The notes under the pieces were generated by a model that ran no database searches, had not been told where the DNA came from, and saw only the letters and a program-made list of their open reading frames with translations. Made by a program: the position numbers and the translations under genes. Positions 1 through 8,319 of a stretch of DNA of 25,771 nt are shown here, piece after piece (positions within the stretch are counted from its first letter, which is position 1; the number at the start of each line of letters is the position of its first letter). This DNA comes from Candidatus Anstonellales archaeon (GTDB taxonomy: Archaea; Micrarchaeota; Micrarchaeia; Anstonellales; SKW190): assembly GCA_038870935.1 (NCBI GenBank), contig JAVZJF010000001.1, positions 1 to 25,771 on the forward strand. The letters are read 5' to 3'.

Positions 1-305
1 TATGCTAATGGATATGTAGAATTAATTGCAATGCTCTGATTATTTATTTTTTCAACGAAAAAGTTTTGATAGTCAATCGTCATAGTTATTCCTTCTCTTA
101 ATTTAACGTTTTGAACAGCCAATTCGGTTTCAGTTGCAATAATGTAAGCATATTTTTGATAAATGTTATTTATGAGTTTTTCGTTTACTAAAGTATCGAC
201 ATTGCTAGATAACATGCTTATAAAAAGGAAATATGCTACTAAATTTATTGCTATTTCAAAAGCTACTTGACCAGTATAAATTTTTTTTATGTTTAACTTA
301 GACAT
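1..305 (-). CDS. Type IV pilin-like protein with class III signal peptide (3'-truncated by window edge)
   Basis: Hand translation from ATG at 305: MSKLNIKKIYTG|QVAFEIAINLVAYFLFISMLSSN..., open to the window edge. G|Q-x-x-x-E followed by a hydrophobic stretch fits the archaeal prepilin-peptidase motif. Starts 5 nt after the flaG-like stop. Not in the ORF track because it is truncated. Confidence 0.6.
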   Translation of the reverse strand, partial: MSKLNIKKIYTGQVAFEIAINLVAYFLFISMLSSNVDTLVNEKLINNIYQKYAYIIATETELAVQNVKLREGITMTIDYQNFFVEKINNQSIAINSTYPLA

Positions 306-310
306 GACCA

Positions 311-772
311 TCAGCAGCTAGAATTCGTATATATCAATTCATCATAAATTCCATTTTCAGTTACTATTTTTATTCTGTTGATTTGATTGGTTTTTGGAAG
401 TGTATAAGGAAATTTAAATGCTACTATTTGTCCTTTTTCCCACACAGTTGAGGAATTTACTTGCACCCAGGTAGAGCCAATTTGTATAGTCACATTTGAT
501 GGAGTTTTTATTTCTCCATTTATTAGTACTGTTGTAGTGTTAGGGTCTGTGATAGGTGAACCGATATTTTTAACATGTATAGTGTCATTTAAATAGCAAG
601 GATCATTGATAATCTTAATTGATGTTGCCACTTGTGAGGAAACGCTTTTAGCTTTATAATTTAAGCTTTTCATAAATGATTGAAAGTTTGAATTTAAAGC
701 AAATACTAACATACTTGCTACAGTTACTGCAGTAATAAAGAATATCATTTGAGTAAATGATTCTCCTGGCAT
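311..772 (-). CDS. flaG: ArlG/FlaG-family protein (archaellin-like N-terminal helix plus beta-sandwich domain)
   Basis: N-terminal hydrophobic helix (FTQMIFFITAVTVASMLVFAL), then IKIINDP, IHVKNIG, TVLING, W-x-x-GQ and C-terminal IKIVTENG, the motif order typical of FlaG/FlaF-like proteins. Confidence 0.7.
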   Translation of the reverse strand: MPGESFTQMIFFITAVTVASMLVFALNSNFQSFMKSLNYKAKSVSSQVATSIKIINDPCYLNDTIHVKNIGSPITDPNTTTVLINGEIKTPSNVTIQIGSTWVQVNSSTVWEKGQIVAFKFPYTLPKTNQINRIKIVTENGIYDELIYTNSSC

Positions 773-943
773 AGTTTATCAACATTGTTTATTTTGTTAT
801 GTTGAAAAGCAAATCAAAATGACTATATTTGAAATAAGGAAGACAATATATAAAATTATTATATTATTGTATTATATGCATAGATTATAATTGATTGATT
901 AAGAGATTCTCTTTAGAGGTTTTTAAATTATTATCTTTCCTTA

Positions 944-1702
944 TTGGTGATTTGTTTGAAGCTTTTGTTTAAGGTTAATCCTTTCAAAAGAGAGTTGAGG
1001 ATATTTTATTCTGATGTGAGGTCATTTCTTGAAGAGAACAATGTTTCTATTGTAGAAGAACCAGAAGAGGCAGACATTCTTCTTACAATTGGTGGCGATG
1101 GTACAATTCTATATAATAGAGTAAAATATTCAAAATATGATCTACCTATATTTGGGATTGGAACTGAGACTTCATTCATTTGCCAAGCCAAAACTATTGA
1201 TTGGAAAGAGAAATTAGAGAAATTGATTAATAAAAAATATTCAATTGAATCAAGAACCCTATTAGATATTTTTGTTAATAATGAGTTTATAGCAGATTCT
1301 TTAAACGAAGCATTAATAAGAAATATTGATCCTAAAATATTGAGATTTGATGTATTAGTTAAGCATTCAGCTAGCAATTCAAATAGATTTATATTCTCAG
1401 CAGATGGTTTTATTGTAGCTACTCCTACAGGATCTTCAGCTCATGCATACGCATGTTATGCAGACATAATTGATGAAAGCACAAATTCATTGGTTTTAGT
1501 TGCAGTTGCTCCACATAGAAGAGAATTTACTCCGATGTATATTTTAAACACATCAACTATAGAAATTAATCTTTCTGATGCCGAGAATAGACATCAAAGG
1601 ATTCAATTAGTTTCTGATGGATTATGTGGCTTTAATTTATCATCAACTGACATTATTTTGATCAAAAGAAGTAAGAAAAAGCAAAAATTCATTAAAATAT
1701 GA
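944..1702 (+). CDS. nadK: NAD(+) kinase
   Basis: IGGDGT motif, LNE motif and ADGFIVATPTGSSAH (cf. DG-x-x-x-STPTGSTAY). True start may be GTG at 947. Confidence 0.9.
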   Translation: MVICLKLLFKVNPFKRELRIFYSDVRSFLEENNVSIVEEPEEADILLTIGGDGTILYNRVKYSKYDLPIFGIGTETSFICQAKTIDWKEKLEKLINKKYSIESRTLLDIFVNNEFIADSLNEALIRNIDPKILRFDVLVKHSASNSNRFIFSADGFIVATPTGSSAHAYACYADIIDESTNSLVLVAVAPHRREFTPMYILNTSTIEINLSDAENRHQRIQLVSDGLCGFNLSSTDIILIKRSKKKQKFIKI

Positions 1703-1762
1703 GATATGTAAAGAATTTGCTTTTAATATTAAAAGCAAAAAAGATATTAATGGTCATTAAAT

Positions 1763-4513
1763 ATGGACAAAAAGCCTGAAGAAATTGAAAACAAATTAAA
1801 GAGTGCAAATGTCAATATCAGTGAAAATATTCAGAACAAGCAAAAACTAAAAATATTTAGAAGAAAGTTTTTTTTTACTATTAAGAAACGATTTTTCGCA
1901 AAAAGAACATACAAATATACTGATATTAGTCAATTGCCATTAATTCCAAAAATAGTTTATGGTATCAAAGAAAGTCTTGAGCAATCAGGGTTAATAGAAA
2001 CTAAGATAAAACAAGAACCAATTATAGGTAAAGAAAAAGAAGCAAAAAAAACAATAAAACAGAAAGATGAAGAGCTAAGGAAGATAAAAGTTATTTCCCC
2101 AACAAGTTTGGCAAAGAAGCTTTTAGGAGTAATGTTAATTTTTATTGCGTTTATTTCATTTTCAATATATTTAATAATGGTCCAAGCAGGTATGGTCCCT
2201 ATTTCTGAGTCATTATATCTAAAAACAAAGTTTGATGTAGTAGAATTGGATAATGGTCTAATTCCATTTAGAAAAGATAATGTGAATTCTCAGATATTTT
2301 ATTCATTAGTAAATGTTACAGCAATGAACATTACTAACATGAGTTACAGGATTTTAATAAGTAATAAACCTATTTATGCAAATGTCTATGTTTTACATTT
2401 AAATCCGAGTATCTATAGTCAATATCAAGAATCTTATTTGGCGTTCGTAAATCTTCTGAAAAAGAAATTCAGTGATTCAGGTATTTATGTTCATGAGGTA
2501 GAAATGGAAGATTTAGATGATATTGCAGATAATTCAATATTGATAATTCCAGTTAATTACATTCCCGCAGAGTTTATACAAAACGATGCAAAACTTCTAA
2601 GAGTGCTTTTTAATAAAGGAATATTCATTTTTTACATAGGAGATACATTTGATAAAGTTGTAACAAACGAGGGAAAAATCATTCAAATGTCTTATGATTC
2701 ATACGAATTTAGAATAAAATTTGCTAAAAAAGGTTCAAATGAATACAATCAAAGAGTAGGCGAAATTCCTAAAATTTCAGATTCATTAAACATCAAAAGT
2801 AGAGAATACATAATTCTAACGAGTAGTGATAATCTAAAAATAACAGCTGAGGGTTTACAATATATTTACAGAGATGAAAAAGGATCAGGAATCTTATTTT
2901 TTCCAGTAGCATTGTCAAGTGGCTGGGATAATATTGAAGACGCAGTTGATGATGTATTTAATGTATATGCATCTTTTTCTTATTATCCAGTTATAGAAAA
3001 AGGATTTGGAAATCTTACTTCAGGTTCAAACATTTTGTTAATAGAAGATTTAAATCCTAATTTCGATAATTTGTATTATATTGCAATATTTAATGCAAAT
3101 ACAACAATGGGTACGGAATATAGAAAAATTTTTTTCCACAGAGTTGAAGCATTACAAAAAGGTGTTGTATATTTAGAACCGCCAAAGGGTAAGTCAAACT
3201 TAGTTTCAAATTTGATAAGCAGTGAGAAATCTTTAATAACCATTGATTTCGTAGAACTTTCAAACGAATTATCTGATGTTTATTTGCATATTTATAGTGG
3301 AGAGCAAAAGCTATATACTCAGAAATTAAAAGGAGGTCCGTTTTTAGTTAATTTAAAGATAATAGGTAAAGAGATAGACTTACCAGTTCCTCCTGGTGGA
3401 TATGTAATAGTTGCGACAAAAGATGAGCAGGGCAATATAATAATAGGAAAAACATATGTAAAAATAGATGAGCCAGAAATAATTCCTTTGTTTGATTTAA
3501 ACAGTTGGCAGGAAGGCAGATTTAATTTTTCAATAGTTTCAAAGTCATCTAAGCAACCTTATTCTTTTGATAAAGTAGATGTTTATTTTGATAATCGTTT
3601 TGTTGGTAGTTTTAATTCATCCCCATTTATAGCTAGGTTGAATGAACCTGCAGAACAAGGCCAACATACGTTTAAGTTTGTCTTTTCTTCAAACGATTTT
3701 GGGACTAAAATTAGTGATGATAAAAAATATGCACTTTCTTTGACCATGACTTATATTAAACCTTATAATTGGTATGAAGATCCTAATTCGCTTATTGCTT
3801 TGGGTATCTCAGTTTTCTTTGTTATTGTTTCAAGATTTATTAAGCCTCCTGAGGAAAAAATATTTTATTTAACAGTACCTGATTTTCCTCAAAGCAAAAT
3901 AAACAAAGTTAAAGTAAAACCAGATTTTTTCATTGCACTTTTTGACCGTGTCAATAGAAGATATGGTTGGCAGTACATGCCTTTGACAATAGAAGAATTA
4001 AAGAAAGCCATTTATGATTTGGATTTAAAAGGTAAGAAATTAATAGTAAATGATTACAACTTAGAGTTAGTATTGAATGCACTCGTTGAAAGAGGTTTAA
4101 TCAAAAAATATAAATATTATTTCTGTCCAACTGAATGGGAGGAAAAAACAAAATTTGATATTGAGTACTTAACCATAATTCGAATGATAAGAGAAACTGC
4201 ATTATCTTTAGCTATAAAATACCAAATTAATTTAGAACATGATAGACCAAATTTCATATTTACATTTCCAACGAAAGAAATTTTTGTCTTTGCTTACTCT
4301 AAGAACAAGAATTTGTCAATCGTTTTGTTGCCTTATCTTAGCAGAGAAGAAGTAATTCTAGTATTTGGTGATATTGAAGAGAAAAACAATTTCATAGATT
4401 CTATATATTCAGATAATTTAACAGATACACAAATAAAGATTGCATACTTAAACAATAATTTGAAATTAATAACAGTTGATGAGGTCAAAAAGTATTTATT
4501 ATCCTTTAAATAA
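1763..4513 (+). CDS. Large two-TM membrane protein of unknown function (large extracytoplasmic region, cytoplasmic C-terminal winged-helix-like region)
   Basis: 916-aa ORF. Basic N-terminus, TM1 at about aa 119-140 (LLGVMLIFIAFISFSIYLIMV), TM2 at about aa 676-693 (LIALGISVFFVIVSRFI). N-x-S/T sequons between the TMs (NVT, NIT, NMS, NLT, NTT, NFS, NSS). Confidence 0.85.
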   Translation: MDKKPEEIENKLKSANVNISENIQNKQKLKIFRRKFFFTIKKRFFAKRTYKYTDISQLPLIPKIVYGIKESLEQSGLIETKIKQEPIIGKEKEAKKTIKQKDEELRKIKVISPTSLAKKLLGVMLIFIAFISFSIYLIMVQAGMVPISESLYLKTKFDVVELDNGLIPFRKDNVNSQIFYSLVNVTAMNITNMSYRILISNKPIYANVYVLHLNPSIYSQYQESYLAFVNLLKKKFSDSGIYVHEVEMEDLDDIADNSILIIPVNYIPAEFIQNDAKLLRVLFNKGIFIFYIGDTFDKVVTNEGKIIQMSYDSYEFRIKFAKKGSNEYNQRVGEIPKISDSLNIKSREYIILTSSDNLKITAEGLQYIYRDEKGSGILFFPVALSSGWDNIEDAVDDVFNVYASFSYYPVIEKGFGNLTSGSNILLIEDLNPNFDNLYYIAIFNANTTMGTEYRKIFFHRVEALQKGVVYLEPPKGKSNLVSNLISSEKSLITIDFVELSNELSDVYLHIYSGEQKLYTQKLKGGPFLVNLKIIGKEIDLPVPPGGYVIVATKDEQGNIIIGKTYVKIDEPEIIPLFDLNSWQEGRFNFSIVSKSSKQPYSFDKVDVYFDNRFVGSFNSSPFIARLNEPAEQGQHTFKFVFSSNDFGTKISDDKKYALSLTMTYIKPYNWYEDPNSLIALGISVFFVIVSRFIKPPEEKIFYLTVPDFPQSKINKVKVKPDFFIALFDRVNRRYGWQYMPLTIEELKKAIYDLDLKGKKLIVNDYNLELVLNALVERGLIKKYKYYFCPTEWEEKTKFDIEYLTIIRMIRETALSLAIKYQINLEHDRPNFIFTFPTKEIFVFAYSKNKNLSIVLLPYLSREEVILVFGDIEEKNNFIDSIYSDNLTDTQIKIAYLNNNLKLITVDEVKKYLLSFK

Positions 4514-4544
4514 GTACAATTTTAACTACCACAAAAGAAACCTC

Positions 4545-4560
4545 AAAAGAAATTTCTTTT
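4545..4560. terminator. Possible bidirectional terminator between convergent genes
   Basis: Perfect 16-bp palindrome AAAAGAAATTTCTTTT, with a repeat of AAAAGAAA at 4533-4540, in the gap between convergent stops at 4513 and 4559. Confidence 0.3.
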
Positions 4561-5317
4561 ATTTGCTTTCTATGAAACCTTCTTCCATCAATTGTCTTAG
4601 AATGTCTTCTACTCTACCTTCATAAACGTTATATACTTTTGCAAATTCGATTATGTCTATTTCACCTTTATTAGCTATTAGCCATTCTTGGACTTTTGCT
4701 TTTAACACATCATCAGATAAATTTGTGAATTTTTCTAATTTTGCTAATAATTCATTATTTTTTGCTTTTAGATTATAATTGTCTATTGCTAATTGTTCAT
4801 TTGCTTCTTTAAGTGCTTTTGATTCTTTAAGCAAACGTAGATATTCTTGATTTAGATTGTCATACATAGAATGTAAAGCTTCATACTTTAGGTCAACAAA
4901 ATCTTTCAATTGATCAATAACTTTAGTAAGCAATTGATTTATCAATACTAAATTTATTTCATAATCTTCCATCAGCAAGTTTAATATATTCAAGAAAAAA
5001 CTCATAGTTTCTAGAAATTTCTTTTTTGGACTCATTCCTGGGCCATAAGTATAACTAACAGTTATCATGTTCTCTTCAAATTCTATGAGAGTAAATATAG
5101 TGGGTTTTTTGTTAATGTCTTTTGACAATACGTTAAGTAATATAACGTTTTTATCAGTTTTAAGTGTGTAGCAAGTCCTTAATTCATTTAATTTTGCATA
5201 AACTTTATCTAAACTAGTTTTCAAAGTAACAGGAATGCTAAATTTCGATGCACCAAATTTTTGTTTTTGTATTTCCTCATCTTGTTCTTTCTTTTGTAAA
5301 TCTTTTTTTTCTGGCAT
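4559..5317 (-). CDS. Hypothetical protein: alpha/beta N-domain, coiled coil, C-terminal winged helix
   Basis: 252-aa ORF. Heptad region LHSMYDNL...LLAKLEKF, and C-terminal VQEWLIANKGEIDIIEFAKVYNVYEGRVEDILRQLMEEGFI with a winged-helix pattern. Confidence 0.85.
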   Translation of the reverse strand: MPEKKDLQKKEQDEEIQKQKFGASKFSIPVTLKTSLDKVYAKLNELRTCYTLKTDKNVILLNVLSKDINKKPTIFTLIEFEENMITVSYTYGPGMSPKKKFLETMSFFLNILNLLMEDYEINLVLINQLLTKVIDQLKDFVDLKYEALHSMYDNLNQEYLRLLKESKALKEANEQLAIDNYNLKAKNNELLAKLEKFTNLSDDVLKAKVQEWLIANKGEIDIIEFAKVYNVYEGRVEDILRQLMEEGFIESK

Positions 5318-5340
5318 ATCTAATCACAAAAAGTGTTTAA

Positions 5341-5787
5341 TTAATTTGCCTTTTTTTCATTTTTTTGTTCATTAACCTCTTTTACCAATGGCGGCACATA
5401 TGAAAGTATTGCTAAAATTACAAACATTAGAATAAAAATAAACGAAAAAATTATGCTTACAATGTCAGGTAGTCTTAAATAGATTAAAGGCAGTCCTATT
5501 ACTACTATTGCAAGTAAAAGTCCAATTATTAATATCGTATTCATTGTTGATTCAAATCTTTTTCTTTTTTCAGTATATTTATCTACACAGTTGTTGCAGA
5601 CATATAAATTGTTTAAACCTGTTTTTCTTTGAAAAATTTTTGCCTTTATATTCCTCAAAGTGACTAAAATATAATCGTTTTCATTTACTTTTTTAGCATT
5701 TTCGAGGCTTTGTTTAGCTAGTTCAATACCTCATTTTATGCAGATATTTTTTTTATGAGTTTCTTCTTTTTCTTTTTGGTGTTTCAC
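5341..5787 (-). CDS. Zn-finger (CxxC...CxxC) two-TM membrane protein with in-frame UGA at codon 19 (recoded, nonsense mutant or sequencing error)
   Basis: GGTGA SD, 6-nt spacer and GTG at 5787 are in frame with the 105-aa ORF (43 codons upstream of its TTG at 5658). Reads MKHQKEKEETHKKNICIK*GIELAK...YVCNNC...2 TM, with TGA at 5731-5733. Full length 148 aa. Confidence 0.75.
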
Positions 5788-5823
5788 GTTTCTTCACCAA
5801 ATTTTTTTACACAGTAATATAAT

Positions 5824-7383
5824 TTAGCTTTGGTCGAGTTCTAGCTGTGTCATTTCTTCGCTCAAAATATCTAATTTTTTATAATCAACTTTAGTGAATA
5901 TATTAATTATTGTTCCATCATCTAATCCAAAGTCTTTCAATAATGTAGTTATATTATTTCTTGAAATTCCAAATTTATCAAGAGTAACAACAAACACAAC
6001 AATGTCTAAGTGTCTATTACTCTTATCAAATGTAGAATTTATTTCTTCTATTTGTGATTCAGTTAATCCATACATTTTCAATTGTTTCCTTAAATCTTCT
6101 TTCTTTATCGCAATAGTTTGTGCCATTTCCTCACCCAGTACAGATGATAAATCAATAAAGTATTCTTTTCTAGGTTCTTCTCCTTCTATGTGATCTATTA
6201 TAAATGTTTGTGCAAAATCAGTTGAGATAGTCCATGCTAAGTTTACTGCAGCTTGTCCTACTCCTAAATTCCTTATTTCTTCTTTGATATAATCTGAGAA
6301 ATTTAAAGTTGCTTGTAAATAATCTAAATACTTTTCGAATTTAACTTTTAAAATAAAAGTTGTTCCTACATTGCTAAATATTGCTTCACTGATATCAGTA
6401 GGGTTCTGAGAGGCAACTATTAAACCAAATTGATATTTTCTACCTTCTCTTACAATCATAACTGCATCGCTATTCTCCTCTTTTGCGATTTTCCAGGCCT
6501 CATCTAAAACAATGTAGAGTTTTACTCCTTTTTCTTTTGCCCAGCCTTCTTGTCTCATTTTTTCTTTAATGAATTGCAAAATAGTTAATGCAGATAAAGC
6601 TCTAAAAACTTCATCTGGTAATTTTGAGAGATCAATATCAACTAAACCAGAGTTTGTTAGTTTATCAAGGTCTAAAGTGCTTTGTCTAGCAAAATAATCT
6701 TGGCCTTCTTTGGTAAATTGTTTTAACCTATAAATTGCGTTTTCTAATTCCGCAGGGAATTCATAGTCACCTTTTGCTAATTTCTCTTCTAAAATTCTTA
6801 CAACGTCTTTTAAAGTAGGTACCTTTAAAGGTCTTCCTAATTGATCAACTTGCTTTGTTTCACTTAACTTGAAGCCATTATCTAAATAAGCTTTTTCTAT
6901 AGCCAATTCAGTTAATCTTTTTTGCTCAGGATATGCACCAATGTCTGTTAGTAGTTCTAAGCTTCTAATTATTTGCTTTATTCTTACGTTTGGTGTCATT
7001 CCACCTAAGTCAAGTAAATTTATATAATTTCCTGAGCCCAAAGAAACAATTTTACCATTTGTACTAGCAACCCAATCCTTATATTCTCCTGCCCAATCTA
7101 TAATTATTGCATTAGTACCCCAAATTAAACTCGTTCTTACTAAAAATGTTTTCACGAAATAAGATTTTCCTGCTCCAGTAATTCCAACTACACAAATATG
7201 GGGATTAGTTAAATACTTGTGATGCCAATGAAAGGGTATGTTAAATATTCTTGTTCTTCCAATGTAGATAGAGTCTGCAATATCTTGCATTAGATATTCT
7301 GCAGGCGGTTCTGGTGGCATTACTAAAATATTTCTTAAGGAAATTGTTTGGTTGTCAACGTCGTTTATTTTTAGCCAGCCCAT
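5824..7383 (-). CDS. VirB4/HerA-FtsK superfamily P-loop ATPase (DUF87-type) with C-terminal helical extension
   Basis: NPHICVVGITGAGKS (Walker A), YIVLDEAW (Walker B), REGRKYQFGLIVASQ (arginine-finger and SQ motifs). ORF track starts at GTG 7392; ATG 7383 is the probable start. Confidence 0.9.
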   Translation of the reverse strand: MGWLKINDVDNQTISLRNILVMPPEPPAEYLMQDIADSIYIGRTRIFNIPFHWHHKYLTNPHICVVGITGAGKSYFVKTFLVRTSLIWGTNAIIIDWAGEYKDWVASTNGKIVSLGSGNYINLLDLGGMTPNVRIKQIIRSLELLTDIGAYPEQKRLTELAIEKAYLDNGFKLSETKQVDQLGRPLKVPTLKDVVRILEEKLAKGDYEFPAELENAIYRLKQFTKEGQDYFARQSTLDLDKLTNSGLVDIDLSKLPDEVFRALSALTILQFIKEKMRQEGWAKEKGVKLYIVLDEAWKIAKEENSDAVMIVREGRKYQFGLIVASQNPTDISEAIFSNVGTTFILKVKFEKYLDYLQATLNFSDYIKEEIRNLGVGQAAVNLAWTISTDFAQTFIIDHIEGEEPRKEYFIDLSSVLGEEMAQTIAIKKEDLRKQLKMYGLTESQIEEINSTFDKSNRHLDIVVFVVTLDKFGISRNNITTLLKDFGLDDGTIINIFTKVDYKKLDILSEEMTQLELDQS

Positions 7384-7411
7384 AAAAATCACACGAGTTA
7401 GTGACTACTTT

Positions 7412-8242
7412 TTAGTTAAGTTGCTGATCAAGCTCAGCATATTCCCTTGGAATCATGAATTCCCAATCAAAGCATCTCAACATATCTTCTGCAGTTAATA
7501 TTCGTGCATCAACAGCTAAAGCGTTTTGTATCCATGATTTAATCTCTTCAGCCTGTCTTCTTGCAGCAGCAACTGCTTGCTCTCTGCTTACTCCTATAGC
7601 AGTTGTTTGAACATATGCGACTATTGCCATAGGTTTATTACCTGCGGTTAATCTTTCTAGTTCTGCTTGCCATAAAGCTAATTCGTTCTCTAATTTTTCT
7701 ATAGTTATAGGGTCTGGGTCTGATTTCTCTCGTTCTCTATTTAATTTATATTGCACAGTATAAATCTTTTCTTTTATTGTTTCTCTCTTTTTGCTAATAT
7801 CAATCACATAAAGCAAATATGAGATTTTTGTTACATATCTCAAACCTGAAATCGCTCTCTCAAAGGATTTAATATAAGTAAGCATTTCTGTTTCAGGTCT
7901 TTCTATTGATGATTTAAATACATTTAATCCTATATAAGCACTTGCGTAATAGAGATTTCCGTCAGTTGCAATAATAGTGTCTTGAGTAGGCGGAATTTCA
8001 AAATGTACAGGTAAAGGAGTAGTTATTTTCATTTTTTTTGTTATTTGAGGAATTACTATATAGCCGTATTTAAATAATATCAATGAAAGAATTGCTGAAA
8101 TTGCTGAAATTATTGTTGCGAGTAATTTTAAAAAAGTTAAATAATCATTAGAAGTTGGAATTGCAAATGCTATCAATAAACTTATTAACGATAATGCAAT
8201 TGCTATGTACGATACCTTATTTTGACTTAGAACGCTTGGCAT
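7412..8242 (-). CDS. Membrane-anchored protein (2 N-terminal TM plus coiled-coil-containing cytoplasmic domain), probable partner of the adjacent ATPase
   Basis: 276-aa ORF with AGGTGG SD and two hydrophobic helices in aa 12-60. About 20 nt gap to the ATPase gene, so likely co-transcribed. Confidence 0.8.
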   Translation of the reverse strand: MPSVLSQNKVSYIAIALSLISLLIAFAIPTSNDYLTFLKLLATIISAISAILSLILFKYGYIVIPQITKKMKITTPLPVHFEIPPTQDTIIATDGNLYYASAYIGLNVFKSSIERPETEMLTYIKSFERAISGLRYVTKISYLLYVIDISKKRETIKEKIYTVQYKLNREREKSDPDPITIEKLENELALWQAELERLTAGNKPMAIVAYVQTTAIGVSREQAVAAARRQAEEIKSWIQNALAVDARILTAEDMLRCFDWEFMIPREYAELDQQLN

Positions 8243-8319
8243 CTAAAATCGACCACCTATAATTGATAATCATATTAAATCCTATAAATATATAATTCCA
8301 ATCCCTTACAAGTTAATTC

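Noticed and set aside
779-805. Inverted repeat TCAACAT...ATGTTGA just upstream of the flaG-like gene
   Set aside because: A 7-bp AT-rich repeat is expected by chance; no regulator gene nearby.
5341-5658. 105-aa version of the Zn/2-TM gene starting at TTG 5658
   Set aside because: TTG start without an SD. The SD-preceded GTG at 5787 and the completed CxxC pair favour the longer gene.
5824-7383. HerA DNA-repair helicase or an integrated conjugative element
   Set aside because: No nurA/mre11/rad50, relaxase, integrase or att duplication in the window, and the neighbours are membrane proteins.
8243-8319. glmS ribozyme upstream of glmS
   Set aside because: Only 77 nt of AT-rich divergent promoter sequence; no room or structure for it.
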